A stretch of DNA of 64,000 bases from Nitrospirales bacterium (GCA_963422365.1 OY729426.1:160001-224000), one strand, 5' to 3'. Numbered from the stretch's first letter, positions 1 to 10,774 are shown. Numbers and translations are program-made. Notes: generated by a model not told the origin, from the sequence alone.

Positions 1-666
1 CCGGTGATGCAGTTGCCCATCACACAGATCGTACACGTGATCGGCGCTCTGTGCCGCTGATTCCGAATGGGTGACGAACATGACGGTTTGGGATTCTTCC
101 TTTGACACACGCCGAATAAGCGCCACGATCTCTTTGGCGGTCTGAGAGTCAAGATTTCCCGTCGGTTCGTCTGCCAACAAGATACGGGGTTGATGGACGA
201 GCGCGCGAGCCAGGGCCACGCGTTGTTGCTCTCCTCCGGATAATTCCCAGGGTCGATGACCGGCTCGATCTTGGACCCCTACTCGTTCAAGCATCTCCCC
301 GACACGTTGTCGAATGAATGTCGAAGCCATCTTCTGAAGCCGTAAAGGCAACCCGACATTGTCGGCAGTCGTCAACCCCGGCACTAAGTGGAACGCTTGG
401 AAGACCATACCGATCCACTCACGTCGATACCTGGTCCACTCAGCATCGGTAAATCGGCGGGTCGATTGGCCATCGAGACGAATGTCACCGGCGGTCATAC
501 TGTCCAGGCCCGCAATCAAATTGAGCAGCGTACTTTTCCCGCTTCCACTCGGGCCCATGATGACACAAAATTCTCCAGCCGCGACCAGGAGGTCCGCTTC
601 TCGAAGCACAGGCAGCGTGAGGCTTCCCCGTTTATAGACCTTGCAGACACGATCCAAGGTTACCAT
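1..666 (-). CDS. ABC transporter ATP-binding protein (LolD/MacB-like), runs off the window start
   Basis: Manual translation from ATG 666: MVTLDRVCKVY..GPSGSGKST (Walker A), LSGGEQQRVALARAL (signature), ILLADEPTGNLDS (Walker B), VTH. No stop before position 1. Confidence 0.9.
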   Translation of the reverse strand, partial: MVTLDRVCKVYKRGSLTLPVLREADLLVAAGEFCVIMGPSGSGKSTLLNLIAGLDSMTAGDIRLDGQSTRRFTDAEWTRYRREWIGMVFQAFHLVPGLTTADNVGLPLRLQKMASTFIRQRVGEMLERVGVQDRAGHRPWELSGGEQQRVALARALVHQPRILLADEPTGNLDSQTAKEIVALIRRVSKEESQTVMFVTHSESAAQSADHVYDLCDGQLHHR

Positions 667-858
667 AGACACCGATGCCCCTTCTCGAGTCCGGTACGGT
701 GCGATTGAGATTGTGGAGGCTGCCTTGTCATGACGACTCGCGCGATCCTCTATCACATATCACATGATTAAAACATCCAACAACACAAGGAAAAAACTTG
801 ACAGGGATGCGGGTGGTTCCTAGGGTTTTCCCAAGCTTCTCACCTCAATCCACATACC

Positions 859-1599
859 ATGAAAAGCATGACCTCTCGATTTCTTCGCCGTCTCCTACAC
901 ACCGTGTTTCCCATGAATTGTCGCATGTGCCACAATGCCCTCGGGGATGACCCCATTCCCTTCTTTTGTCAACCCTGCTGGAACCATATTACTCCTATTC
1001 TTTCGCCGACCTGCCCTCGTTGTTCTTACCCCTTTCCTTCTCCGGATTCGCTATCCCATAGTCCCAGGCATGTGTGTGGATCTTGTCGAAAACACCCTCC
1101 AGCCTATAACCAAGCGTGGACGCCTTATGCCTATCAATCCCCATTGAAGGAGGCCATCGGTTTCTTGAAGTACTACGGAAAAACGCAATTAGCCCCATCG
1201 CTTGCTCAACTGATGGCCCAGGCGACTCCCGCCCCGACGAACATTGATGCGATTATTGCGGTCCCGTTACACCCCGATCGACTCAGGGAACGGGAATTCA
1301 ATCAAGCCCTCCTGTTAGCGTACCATTTGGGCAGACAATGGAATCTCCCCGTTCTCACCAATGTCCTCAGCCGAACAAAGCCTACCCAACCACAAACGTC
1401 CCTCACGCGACGAGAGCGTTTAAAAAATCTTCGAAAATGTTTTTCCGTGACGACTCCTTCCGTCATTGAGGGGAAAACCATCTTGGTCGTGGATGATGTG
1501 TTCACCACGGGAACCACGGTCAATGAATGTGCCAAAGCGCTAAGAAAGGCCGGAGTTCACGCCGTCTATGTTCAAACCCTGGCCAGGATAGTAAGCTGA
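859..1599 (+). CDS. comF: ComF family protein (double zinc ribbon + phosphoribosyltransferase)
   Basis: CxxC pairs at the N-terminus, VPLHPDRLREREFNQA, VVDDVFTTGTT PRPP-binding loop. Confidence 0.88.
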   Translation: MKSMTSRFLRRLLHTVFPMNCRMCHNALGDDPIPFFCQPCWNHITPILSPTCPRCSYPFPSPDSLSHSPRHVCGSCRKHPPAYNQAWTPYAYQSPLKEAIGFLKYYGKTQLAPSLAQLMAQATPAPTNIDAIIAVPLHPDRLREREFNQALLLAYHLGRQWNLPVLTNVLSRTKPTQPQTSLTRRERLKNLRKCFSVTTPSVIEGKTILVVDDVFTTGTTVNECAKALRKAGVHAVYVQTLARIVS

Positions 1600-1829
1600 C
1601 TCCTCGTAATCTCGAGTGGCGTGAAACAAAAAGATGATGTACCCGGTCAGCCTGCCTCCGCCCGTGCGGAGAGAGGAAAGAGAGAAGAAGCCTTCCTTGG
1701 CGTCAAGGCTAGGCGAAAAGAATTTCTTGACTTTGTAGATGGTTTTCTCTAGCCTAAACACCTGATTTTCGGTGTCCACCGTGGACCCACGGCGGTGAGA
1801 TCTACGGCGGGCTATAATGGAAGAGCCCC

Positions 1830-2270
1830 ATGTTTGCCGGACAATATCACTGTAAACTCGACGAAAAAGGTCGATTCATCCTTCCGACTCCCTTGCGCGA
1901 GCAATTGGAGGGCGAGGGAGATCGCGTGATTTTCGTCAAAGGGCAAGAACTTCCGTTGTCAGCCTACTCGGTTCAAGAATGGGAGAAAGTCCTCACGCGC
2001 GTCAAAGAGACATTCAATGAAGAACAAAGTCGGCTCTTCATGCACTTTGTCGTGGCTGAAGCCGCATCTTCTGAAATCGACAAGACGGGCAGAATCCTTA
2101 TTCCCGGCCGGCTGAGAAAAATCATCCCGCTGGAAGACGATTTGGAAATCGTGGTCGTGGGGATGTATCACCGATTGGAGATCTGGAATCCTTCAGAATG
2201 GCGCCGCTACCTCATGAAGCATGGTGAGCAATTGGAAGAAAATCTTGGGAAAATGCTCAACCTTCTCTAA
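1830..2270 (+). CDS. mraZ: MraZ family transcriptional regulator
   Basis: MFAGQY..LDEKGR and IDKTGRILIP (two DxxGR motifs), LEIWNP. Confidence 0.88.
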   Translation: MFAGQYHCKLDEKGRFILPTPLREQLEGEGDRVIFVKGQELPLSAYSVQEWEKVLTRVKETFNEEQSRLFMHFVVAEAASSEIDKTGRILIPGRLRKIIPLEDDLEIVVVGMYHRLEIWNPSEWRRYLMKHGEQLEENLGKMLNLL

Positions 2271-2562
2271 CCGAGGTCGCCAAAGCCCATCCTCCGGCGA
2301 ATCGTTGACACGCTCTGCGAATTGCACCTGCGTCCTCCTCGGACCGACAGGCAGGCCTTCTTCAACACGTTTTGAACAACCGTCGTTCCAACGGTGAATC
2401 ATCCAAGTTGACGGATGTCTCTGTTTGGCTGAGGTCTCAAATTTCACGGAAGCCTGCCATTGACGCTTCATCAAGGGCTCGAAAGAAACACCAGTGGCCC
2501 AGCCTATCCCCTGACGCCTTCTCCCATGCAACGCATTTCTCCCTGACCAAGAACGCCCTTTC

Positions 2563-3040
2563 AATGACCTTACCCATTCCGCCCAGCATCAACCGACAAT
2601 ATGCCACGGTCAATGGACGCCGAGTGTTGTCGGCAACGGGGCGTCGCTACAAACAGACGATCGGTCAATTGCTCATGACAACCGGTGCCACCTCTTCCGC
2701 CAAGTGGGACACTTTCTTGCACACGGCACAAGAACAGTACCTGACACTGACAATTTATTTTTATTTTCCGACACTATTACGACGAGATCTTGACGGTGGG
2801 CTCAAAATCGCTCAAGACGCCCTATGTGAAGCCATGAGCCTCAATGACAATCGAATTATCGAAATCCACCTGTATAAGTCATTAGATCGAGACAATCCCC
2901 GACTTGAGTGCACCCTGGCCTTTACGACTCCGCGGCCGGAGATTCGCCAACACTCCGCGGCCCGTCGCTCCAACCGAACCCTTGCCACCCCTCTTCGCAA
3001 CGCTTCAAGGCAGGCCCGAGATAAGCAGATTCCGCGTTAA
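2563..3040 (+). CDS. RusA-family Holliday junction resolvase-like protein (start uncertain, could be upstream)
   Basis: LPIPPSIN, RRDLDGGLKIAQDAL, LNDNRI match the RusA catalytic Asp pattern. Confidence 0.75.
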
Positions 3041-3163
3041 TACGGGATCTCTTCATCAACCAGTCCCAATGCTTAATTCCCAATTTCTCATTCAGATTGA
3101 CCAGACGCTGATGAAAAGGCTAGAATTTTTTTGACTTGAATCGTCTTTGGCAAACCTCCTCGG

Positions 3164-3318
3164 ATGGATACCACGACACTCTCAGAAGAGCTACAAGACG
3201 CCGGGTTGCCGGAGCAGCCGGCCAAGCAGATCACCAGGGCGTTTCAGGATCAGCAATCCGAACGTCTTGAACAGTTTACGACAAAACGGCATTATCCTGG
3301 CTGTTCTGAAATTTCATA
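3164..3318 (+). pseudogene. Internally deleted DUF1640/CCDC90-like remnant
   Basis: N-terminus MDTTTLSEELQDAGLPEQPAKQIT..FTTK joined directly to an out-of-frame C-terminal GIILAVLKFH-like end. Confidence 0.4.
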
Positions 3319-3437
3319 ATTCTTAATTGAAGACCATTCAAGTCCTTATGCGTTCTCTCCCTTCTACCATGGTGATCTTAACCGTCACGGCTAGGCCCTG
3401 CGACAACGCCTGGATTTCAGCATGGAGCACACCGGGC

Positions 3438-4523
3438 ATGCGTACCCGATTATTCTGGCTTATCAGTCTTGTGCTTGTAGGAACCTGTTATGTTCCGGAA
3501 CACGTTTCAGCCAATCGGATCCTCTTCAACCCGCAACAGAAGTTGCAGCTTCAACAAGCAGAGAAAGTTTTTATCAAGGCTCTTGCGCTGACGGAAAAGG
3601 GATTGGTCGATCCAATCCTTATCCAGAAGGCGGCGTCTGAGCAGCTGACCGCAATCGGTTTCACGGTCATTGCGACACAGAGTGAGCCATCTGACGTCAT
3701 GCTGAAAATAAAGTGCGACGAGCGAAAACCCTGGGGGGGAGTCAAGAAAACCGATGGAGATATCCAGCAACCGGGAGCGCCTTCCCGAAATTGGAAAGGA
3801 CCGGCCTGTCAATTAAGCTATTTTTTCGATGGCCAGAAGGGGCCGTGGCAGTATGAGGTACGCACCACATTTGAAAATGCGTGGGAGGCCTCCCGATCCA
3901 ACGGACACAAAGATTCAGGCCAATTCGCTTTACAGCACCTCAGTCTGGCATTGCGGGAAAGTTACTTCCCGCTTGATCTTGCAGCAGAATGGCAACAAGC
4001 TCGTCGGCTTTCTTCCCTTTTGACCGATTCCACAACCGACCAAGCCACAAAACTCAAAATTTTATCGCTGGCCGGCCACATGCAGGGAGACACCATGCTG
4101 CAAGCCCTGCAACAAATCAGAACCCAGACTCACTTCGCCATCCCCGCCACGGTGGCCTTAGGGTTTATGGGCGAACCTGCCATTCCGACCCTCATGGATC
4201 TCTTATCTGATCCGTTCTCTTCAGTGGACATTCAAGCCGCGGCAGCGGAAGCGCTCGGCGAAATTGGAGCCCATAGCGGCAACGTCCAAATCCTGCCGCC
4301 CCTCCTGGCCATGATGCAAGCGCCCGACGTTCACCTTCGCGTTCAGACGGAACTTGTGAGAGCTATTGGGAAAACGCCTGATCTACGGTCGGTTGAACCC
4401 CTTCAACAACTTGGGCTCAAGGCATGGACCGCCCGGTCGAATGATCCACTCATGCAAGAACTCAGAAAAGCCGTCGATTGGAGCCTCTGGCAAATCAATC
4501 CCTCCGCTCACACCGATGAGTAG
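3438..4523 (+). CDS. Exported HEAT/PBS-lyase repeat protein
   Basis: Signal-peptide-like MRTRLFWLISLVLVG; C-terminal AAAEALGEIG and ELVRAIGK HEAT-like repeats. Confidence 0.65.
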   Translation: MRTRLFWLISLVLVGTCYVPEHVSANRILFNPQQKLQLQQAEKVFIKALALTEKGLVDPILIQKAASEQLTAIGFTVIATQSEPSDVMLKIKCDERKPWGGVKKTDGDIQQPGAPSRNWKGPACQLSYFFDGQKGPWQYEVRTTFENAWEASRSNGHKDSGQFALQHLSLALRESYFPLDLAAEWQQARRLSSLLTDSTTDQATKLKILSLAGHMQGDTMLQALQQIRTQTHFAIPATVALGFMGEPAIPTLMDLLSDPFSSVDIQAAAAEALGEIGAHSGNVQILPPLLAMMQAPDVHLRVQTELVRAIGKTPDLRSVEPLQQLGLKAWTARSNDPLMQELRKAVDWSLWQINPSAHTDE

Positions 4524-4553
4524 ACCAGCGCTTCGTTGCAGCGGGGCTTGAAA

Positions 4554-4629
4554 TGGCGCGCCCGAGAGGAGTCGAACCTCTAACCTCTTGATCCGTAGTC
4601 AAGTGCTCTATCCATTGAGCTACGGGCGC
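4554..4629 (-). tRNA. tRNA-Arg(ACG)
   Basis: GCGCCCGTAGCTCAATGGATAGAGCACTTGACTACGGATCAAGAGGTTAGAGGTTCGACTCCTCTCGGGCGCGCCA; cloverleaf, anticodon ACG, encoded CCA. Confidence 0.97.
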
Positions 4630-4737
4630 GATGCCTAGCCGTTTGATGGAATGGTCAGATCGTCCCTTAACAAGGAAAATTTGATCCATTTGATCCGTAT
4701 GGAAGGTAGCCCATTTTATACAAGTCCCTGAGGAACT

Positions 4738-4872
4738 AGGTCAACCAGCCGTTCAGGGGCGGGAACCCACCAGGCTTCAAGACCCGCCTCTCATATGGTC
4801 TTTGTAGCCGCAGCATCTCATGCTGTCTTCCTGCAGCCAGAAGAGGGCCCCATGAATTGTTCGGCATGACCT
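4738..4872 (-). ncRNA. Candidate structured RNA, unidentified
   Basis: Nested helices AGGTCA/TGACCT, GCCG/CGGC, TTCA/TGAA, GGGGC/GCCCC, TGGCTGC/GCGGCTA, CAGCAT/ATGCTG. Confidence 0.4.
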
Positions 4873-6200
4873 TAGACAACGGAAACGAGGGGGGAAGCAG
4901 AAGTCCCAAAGAGCGTGGAGGCTGAAGCATCATCAACCTTAATCATGACCAGATTTCCGAGGGTGAGAGGGGCCGCGACTTTGTCCCAGACGACGGTCAC
5001 GTTCCTTTCCGTGTGTCCCATCCATTGTTGGGAAGACTTTTTCGCATTGCCTTCCACCAGCACCTCTACTTCCGTTCCAATAAACTGCTGATTGTTCTTG
5101 GCAGAAATCGCTCGCTGGAATTCGACCAACCGCGTGACCCGCTCTGATTTGACGGCATCGAAAACGTCATCGGGAAATTTCCGATAGGCAATGGTGTTCT
5201 TTCGTTCTGAATATTTGAACACATAGGCCGATTGAAATTCGATATCTTGCACAAGCTCATACGTGTCGAGGAATTCCTCGTGTGTCTCAGTGCAAAAACC
5301 CGCAATGATATCCGTGCTGAGGGCAATATCGCCCTGCTTCCGGATTTCCGCTACCAATGTGCGATAATCTGCTCGCGTATACGACCGTCCCATCAGGTCG
5401 AGGATTCGGTCGTTTCCCGATTGAAGGGGAAGATGAATGTGCCGACACACGTTCGGATGATGCGCCACCACCTCTATCAGGGCGGGCGGAAAGTCCTTGG
5501 GGTGCGGAGACGTGAATCGGACTCGTTCGATTCCAGGAATATCGGCAACGTCTGAAAGGAGCTGGGCAAACGTGCTATCGTCGCTATGATACGAATTGAC
5601 GTTTTGCCCCAAAAGCGTGACTTGTCTGTACCCTTGAGCCGCGAGGTCGGACGCTTCTTCGAGAATCCCTTGCGCGGGGCGAGACCGTTCTCTTCCGCGA
5701 GTATAGGGCACCACGCAGAAACTACAAAAATTATCACACCCTCGCATAATCGCAATCCAGGCATTGACTCCGGGCGTGCGCTCAGGAAGAATCGATTCGT
5801 AGGTTTCGTATTCCGACAAATCCACGGCCATGGACTGTTCACGGCGTTCCAAGGCCTTCGTCAGCAACTCCGGTAAGTGTCGATAGGAATCCGGCCCGGC
5901 CAGCACGTCGATGATGGGTTGCGCATCCATTAATTCTTTTTTGAGATTTTGGGCCATACATCCCAACACGCCGATCACCACAGGTCGTGATGGCTTCCTC
6001 GCCTTCCACTCGGCCAAATGGCCGTAGACTCGATTATGGGCATTTTCTCGAATCGCGCAGGTATTCATCAAAACTACGTCGGCCTGCTCGTGGGACGGTG
6101 TAAACACAAACCCGCGATCTTGTAAAAGCGACCGCACCAATTCGGTATCATACTCATTCATCTGACAGCCGAATGTCTGCATGTAGACGCGATAGGACAT
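4872..6200 (-). CDS. miaB: tRNA-i6A37 methylthiotransferase MiaB
   Basis: TFGCQMNEYD, NTCAIRENA, radical SAM motif CDNFCSFC, C-terminal TRAM domain. Confidence 0.93.
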   Translation of the reverse strand: MSYRVYMQTFGCQMNEYDTELVRSLLQDRGFVFTPSHEQADVVLMNTCAIRENAHNRVYGHLAEWKARKPSRPVVIGVLGCMAQNLKKELMDAQPIIDVLAGPDSYRHLPELLTKALERREQSMAVDLSEYETYESILPERTPGVNAWIAIMRGCDNFCSFCVVPYTRGRERSRPAQGILEEASDLAAQGYRQVTLLGQNVNSYHSDDSTFAQLLSDVADIPGIERVRFTSPHPKDFPPALIEVVAHHPNVCRHIHLPLQSGNDRILDLMGRSYTRADYRTLVAEIRKQGDIALSTDIIAGFCTETHEEFLDTYELVQDIEFQSAYVFKYSERKNTIAYRKFPDDVFDAVKSERVTRLVEFQRAISAKNNQQFIGTEVEVLVEGNAKKSSQQWMGHTERNVTVVWDKVAAPLTLGNLVMIKVDDASASTLFGTSASPLVSVV

Positions 6201-6239
6201 GGGAGAATCTCTTGAACCGTGGCTTCCTTTAGAATTTCG

Positions 6240-7634
6240 TTACGTGCGAGACAAACCTGTTCCTGAAAACACGGCTTCCTTCTCAAAAGACTGGAACACC
6301 GGAATTGGGGTTTTCTTGGGCCGCGGCGGATGCTCATCCACCAATTTTCCTAAGGCCACATGTTCCATGGCCCCGGTCAGCCTGACCCGCCTGATCTGAT
6401 TCGCTAACGAGCCGGAAGAGGCGACTCCCACTCGAATAAAATTATCCGTCACGCCGGTCCATAGGCCATCTTTGCCGATCGATTCAAACAGCGTCAGACA
6501 GTCCTGATTGAGAAACCGTTGATAGAACTGTACCCGCTTGCTTCGGGATAGCTGTGAGAGCAGTTGGTTCCGGGCTTTGATCACCGCCTGAGGCACGGGA
6601 CTGCCCAAACGAGCGGCCGGCGTTCCCGGTCGAGCGGAATAGCTGAAGACGTGGGCATAGGCCAATGGCAGTTCTTGGACCAGCCGACAGGTCGCCGAAA
6701 ACTGACGGTCCGTTTCCCCGGGAAATCCTACGAGCACATCGGTCCCCACGCAGACGTCCGGGATTTTTTGCACGACATGTTCCACCCATACCCGATACTC
6801 TTTCACTGAGTATCGACGATTCATTGCAGACAAAATCTCATCATGTCCACTCTGTAAGGGAACGTGGAAGAACCGGCACAGCTTCCGAGAGGTGCGCATA
6901 TACTCAAGGAGTGCAGGCGGAATGGTCGTCGGCTCAATAGAAGAGATGCGGATGCGTGCCAATCCGGGAATGGCTTCCAACCGCTGGATCAGATCGAGAA
7001 GCCCTCTGGGTCCATTCACAAATCGCCCGATATTCACCCCGGTCAACACCAGTTCCTGATGCCCTCGTTCCACGAGTTGTTCAGCCTCTCGAACCGTGTC
7101 ATCGAGCAATCGGCTTCGTTCACGTCCTCTGGCAAAAGGAATCAGACAAAAGGAACACATAAAATTGCAGCCATCCTGGATTTTCAGATTGGCTCGAGTG
7201 GTCGCATATTCCCCCACCCCATCCTGAACAAAATCTTCTCTGCCCATTGATCCTGAATGCTGGACGAACGTTGATGAGAGTTTTTGAACACGCGGCATCT
7301 CTTCTAAATAGTCCGGCAACAGCATTTTGTATTGGTTGCCCAACACGAGATCCACTCCCGGAAGGTGCGGCAACGTCTTGATCCCTGTTTGCGCATAGCA
7401 TCCCGTGACCGCGACAAACGCATTCGGAGAGTGGCGCAACGTCCGACGAATGATCCTTCGACAATCGGCCTCGGCATTCTCGGTCACGGTGCAGGTATTC
7501 AAGACAAGCAAATCGGTTGGCTCTCCATGGGCAACCTTTTGGTAGCCCATTCTTGTCAAGCGGTCAGTCAGCACAGCGGTCTCCGATTGATTGAGACGAC
7601 ATCCGGCCGTGTAAAATGCGACTTTTTTCTTCAT
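6240..7634 (-). CDS. mtaB: tRNA-t6A37 methylthiotransferase MtaB
   Basis: GCRLNQSET, NTCTVT, KIQDGCNFMCSFC, RIRISSIEP, HVFSYSARPGTPAA. Confidence 0.9.
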   Translation of the reverse strand: MKKKVAFYTAGCRLNQSETAVLTDRLTRMGYQKVAHGEPTDLLVLNTCTVTENAEADCRRIIRRTLRHSPNAFVAVTGCYAQTGIKTLPHLPGVDLVLGNQYKMLLPDYLEEMPRVQKLSSTFVQHSGSMGREDFVQDGVGEYATTRANLKIQDGCNFMCSFCLIPFARGRERSRLLDDTVREAEQLVERGHQELVLTGVNIGRFVNGPRGLLDLIQRLEAIPGLARIRISSIEPTTIPPALLEYMRTSRKLCRFFHVPLQSGHDEILSAMNRRYSVKEYRVWVEHVVQKIPDVCVGTDVLVGFPGETDRQFSATCRLVQELPLAYAHVFSYSARPGTPAARLGSPVPQAVIKARNQLLSQLSRSKRVQFYQRFLNQDCLTLFESIGKDGLWTGVTDNFIRVGVASSGSLANQIRRVRLTGAMEHVALGKLVDEHPPRPKKTPIPVFQSFEKEAVFSGTGLSRT

Positions 7635-8100
7635 GAGTCTCAGGTCTCGTGTAAGCAGCCGTATTATAGAGAACACGCCCTCAAGCCGACAACCAAGGAT
7701 CTCGGCTTTGAAAAAACAGTGACTTTGCGTCGCTCAGGACAAGCACTGTGCTCAGAATTGTCAATGTTCACTCATTCGTTCACAAAATCAGGGCTGTCTG
7801 TCTTCTCCTTCTTTTGTAGCTGTGTCATCTCATGGCACTTTCTGCTGACGACATAAGATGCCGCCCTACACAGGCACTGGATTCCCGATGACAAATGTCG
7901 GAATGACACGAGGAGAGAGCCTGCGGGGATGACAAGAATCTGGGGCCTGGACTGATCATGTGTCATCAACACTGGACAACTTGACGTGTTAGTGACGGAA
8001 CCTCAAAAACAAATTGCCGATGCGAAGAGTTCGGAGTAAAATGGATAAAAGTTTCAACAGGAACGGCTGCAAGATGTCTCTTCTTGATGGAAGGTGCCGC

Positions 8101-8511
8101 ATGCCCCACCCTTTTTCGATTGCACCAATCTTCCTCTCATTGCTACTGGGTCTTTTCCCTCCCAGCCTGAGTGGGGCGCAGTCTCCCCTTCCCATTGAGC
8201 CGGATGAAGAAACCCGATTAGAGGAAATTTATGACCAGGAGACGCTTATGGTCATGTTTTTGTATTCCTTGGAAGGGACAGAAGAAGTGGATTATGTGGT
8301 CGGCAGAAAAGTCTGGAAGCACCAGCAAAGTGTCTATGGGAATCCCGTGTACTACCTTGAACCCTATCCTTTGTTTTATTGGTGGGACCATACGATGTGG
8401 AATGACCCTGAACAAGATGGGGTAAATGGCAACGAACTCATCTATAAAAAAGACGTTGATTTTGATGTCACCCGCTATAAACCCTGCCTGTTTAACGGGC
8501 AACGCTGCTGA
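8101..8511 (+). CDS. Hypothetical exported protein
   Basis: Signal-peptide-like N-terminus followed by an acidic/aromatic domain (YPLFYWW, DPEQDGVNGNE). Confidence 0.6.
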   Translation: MPHPFSIAPIFLSLLLGLFPPSLSGAQSPLPIEPDEETRLEEIYDQETLMVMFLYSLEGTEEVDYVVGRKVWKHQQSVYGNPVYYLEPYPLFYWWDHTMWNDPEQDGVNGNELIYKKDVDFDVTRYKPCLFNGQRC

Positions 8512-8611
8512 ACTCTTCCATCCTCCCTTGCCCTTCAGGGGATTGCCACACTCTCTCAGACGCGCATAGACAAAAACCCATTCATCAGCACTGTGATGCC
8601 GGCCCCACCCC

Positions 8612-10006
8612 ATGCCAGTTCTTGAACAGTCCCACACGGCACCATCCTCTCTTCTCCACCGTCTGACATCCGTTCAATTGTTGCCCGGTCAGATCGTTGC
8701 ATTAGCCGCTGCCGCTCTGATTTTCATCGGTGCAGCCCTCCTCATGCTCCCATTCGCCACCCCGGAGGGAGTGGAATTACGGTTTCTCGACGCCTTGTTT
8801 ACCGCAACCTCTGCCGTTTGCGTGACCGGGTTGATTGTGATGGATACGCCTCATGAATTCACCACCTTTGGGCAACTAATCATTGCCCTGCTCATTCAAA
8901 TCGGCGGACTGGGATATGCCTTGCTGGCGACTTTCATTCTGCTGGCCTTAGGACATCGCATTGGATTACGCGATCGGATGATGCTGGCTGAAACCTTAAG
9001 CACGTTTGATATGGCTGGATCGATTCGCTATGTCAAAATTGTGGCCATCGCCACCGTGTCTGTAGAAGGATTGGGGTTTCTCTTTCTCGCCTTACGTTTT
9101 TCACAAGACATGTCATGGGGGGAAGCCCTCTACTCAGGGGCATTTCATTCCATCTCCGCCTTTAATAACGCGGGCTTTTCCTTGTTTTCCGATAGTCTCA
9201 TTTCCTATCAAGCCGACCTGTCCATCAATAGCATCGTGACGATCTTGGTCCTTTGGGGAAGCATTGGATTCTTGGTCTTTCAAGACGTGTGGGACAATCT
9301 CAAAGGCACCCGTTTTCGGCTCCAGACGCATACGAAACTCGTGGTCGTGGTCACCCTGATCATTCTTGCGTCAGGCACCGTAGGCATCACCATTCTCGAA
9401 TGGAACAACCCGCAAACGTTGCAACCCTTGAGCATTGGGGAACGCCTGACCGTCGCGCATTTCCACGCGATGTCCCGTACCGCAGGCTTTACGACCATTG
9501 ATATCAGTACGATGAATGACGCCACCCTGTATTTTCTGCTGCTCTTGATGACCATTGGCGGATCACCCGGCAGCATGTCTGGCGGCATCAAGACCACGAC
9601 GTTTGCCATTATATGGCTCACGATCTGGGCAGTGCTTCGACGCCGACACGATGTCGAAATCTTTCACCGGAGGATCCCCAAAGAGTTGGTGGTACGCGCT
9701 TTTTGTCTTTGCATCTTGGCATTCACTGCCATCACTCTGTTCACCTTAGCCCTCGCCTTTACGGAAGAGCGCCCATTTTTGAGCATCATGTTCGAAGTCA
9801 CATCGGCAATGGGAATCGTCGGCATGTCCCTCGGAGATGGAGAGGGACGAAGTTTCTCCGCCCTGCTCACCGACTTTGGCAAGGTGGTGATCATCGCCTC
9901 TATGCTGATTGGCCGTTTCGGGCCGCTCCTCATTGGACTGTTTGCCATTCACACCACGACCCGGCCCCGGTATCGCTTTCCAGAATCTCGAATCATGATT
10001 GGATAA
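8612..10006 (+). CDS. Trk/Ktr potassium uptake membrane subunit (TrkH/KtrB)
   Basis: FTATSAVCVTGL, SAFNNAGF, RTAGF, IGGSPGSMSGGIKTTT pore-loop motifs. Confidence 0.92.
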   Translation: MPVLEQSHTAPSSLLHRLTSVQLLPGQIVALAAAALIFIGAALLMLPFATPEGVELRFLDALFTATSAVCVTGLIVMDTPHEFTTFGQLIIALLIQIGGLGYALLATFILLALGHRIGLRDRMMLAETLSTFDMAGSIRYVKIVAIATVSVEGLGFLFLALRFSQDMSWGEALYSGAFHSISAFNNAGFSLFSDSLISYQADLSINSIVTILVLWGSIGFLVFQDVWDNLKGTRFRLQTHTKLVVVVTLIILASGTVGITILEWNNPQTLQPLSIGERLTVAHFHAMSRTAGFTTIDISTMNDATLYFLLLLMTIGGSPGSMSGGIKTTTFAIIWLTIWAVLRRRHDVEIFHRRIPKELVVRAFCLCILAFTAITLFTLALAFTEERPFLSIMFEVTSAMGIVGMSLGDGEGRSFSALLTDFGKVVIIASMLIGRFGPLLIGLFAIHTTTRPRYRFPESRIMIG

Positions 10007-10024
10007 GAAAGACCTGGGGGGCTG

Positions 10025-10315
10025 TTATTTCAGCCGGCGCTGAAGGATCAAAATAAACGCCATGAGGGTGGGCAGCGGGGCGATCAGAAGGGGAACCAGC
10101 CAGACCCACGCATTCTTCCCACGGACGCGTGCTTGGTCAAACATCCAGACAAACACCCATACCACCAGCAAGCAATAGTTCACCCCAGACCAGTGCGTGA
10201 TGCGCGTGGCGAGATCACTGCTGCTCCCATTTGTCGCGGTACTCCAAAACACAATTTCCAAGACGCCAAACATCACCAATAATGTGATGACAATCTGTTT
10301 ATTCCACACATACAT
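10025..10315 (-). CDS. Small hypothetical membrane protein
   Basis: 96 aa with three hydrophobic segments; GGAGG RBS upstream. Confidence 0.65.
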   Translation of the reverse strand: MYVWNKQIVITLLVMFGVLEIVFWSTATNGSSSDLATRITHWSGVNYCLLVVWVFVWMFDQARVRGKNAWVWLVPLLIAPLPTLMAFILILQRRLK

Positions 10316-10628
10316 AATTCACGGCCTCCTTTGTGAGAGAGAGCATGTTTCGGATTCGATGGTGGATCGAAGCGTCCCCCTTTTGGGGAATCAGCAGAAT
10401 AGTATGGATATCGGCAAAAAGCGAGATTCAAAGGCGATACAATGTCAAATTCTTCAATTTTTTCCCTATCCCTCTTGAGCAGATTCGAGCAGGACAGCCA
10501 ATGCGTTCCGAGTGATGGCTTCTTCGCCGAACGGACAACGCGTCGTCAAGAAAATCTGACGTCCATCTCCATCGGTCTGGATTCCAGGGCCATCCTGTTG
10601 ATGAGAAGAAAGATTCTCTTTCCCGCCC

Positions 10629-10637
10629 TGTGGATAA
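10629..10637 (-). promoter_or_regulatory. DnaA box (TTATCCACA) upstream of nrdJ
   Basis: Plus strand TGTGGATAA is a perfect consensus match; imperfect CTATCCACC and GTATCCCCA lie near 10693-10711. Confidence 0.5.
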
Positions 10638-10726
10638 CCAAAAAATCCTCGTTCCAACGCTTTGAATTACAATAGCTTTATGTGTTCCCAGGCTATCCAC
10701 CTGTATCCCCAGTTTTGAGACAAAAA

Positions 10727-10774
10727 ACACAATATTTAGTATTGACAATTCATTTTTGACTCTATAAATTGTGT
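10727..10774 (+). promoter_or_regulatory. Tandem NrdR boxes overlapping a sigma70 promoter of nrdJ
   Basis: ACACAATATTTAGTAT (10727-10742) and ACTCTATAAATTGTGT (10759-10774), 32 bp apart; TTGACA (10742) - 17 bp - TAAATT (10765). Confidence 0.8.
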
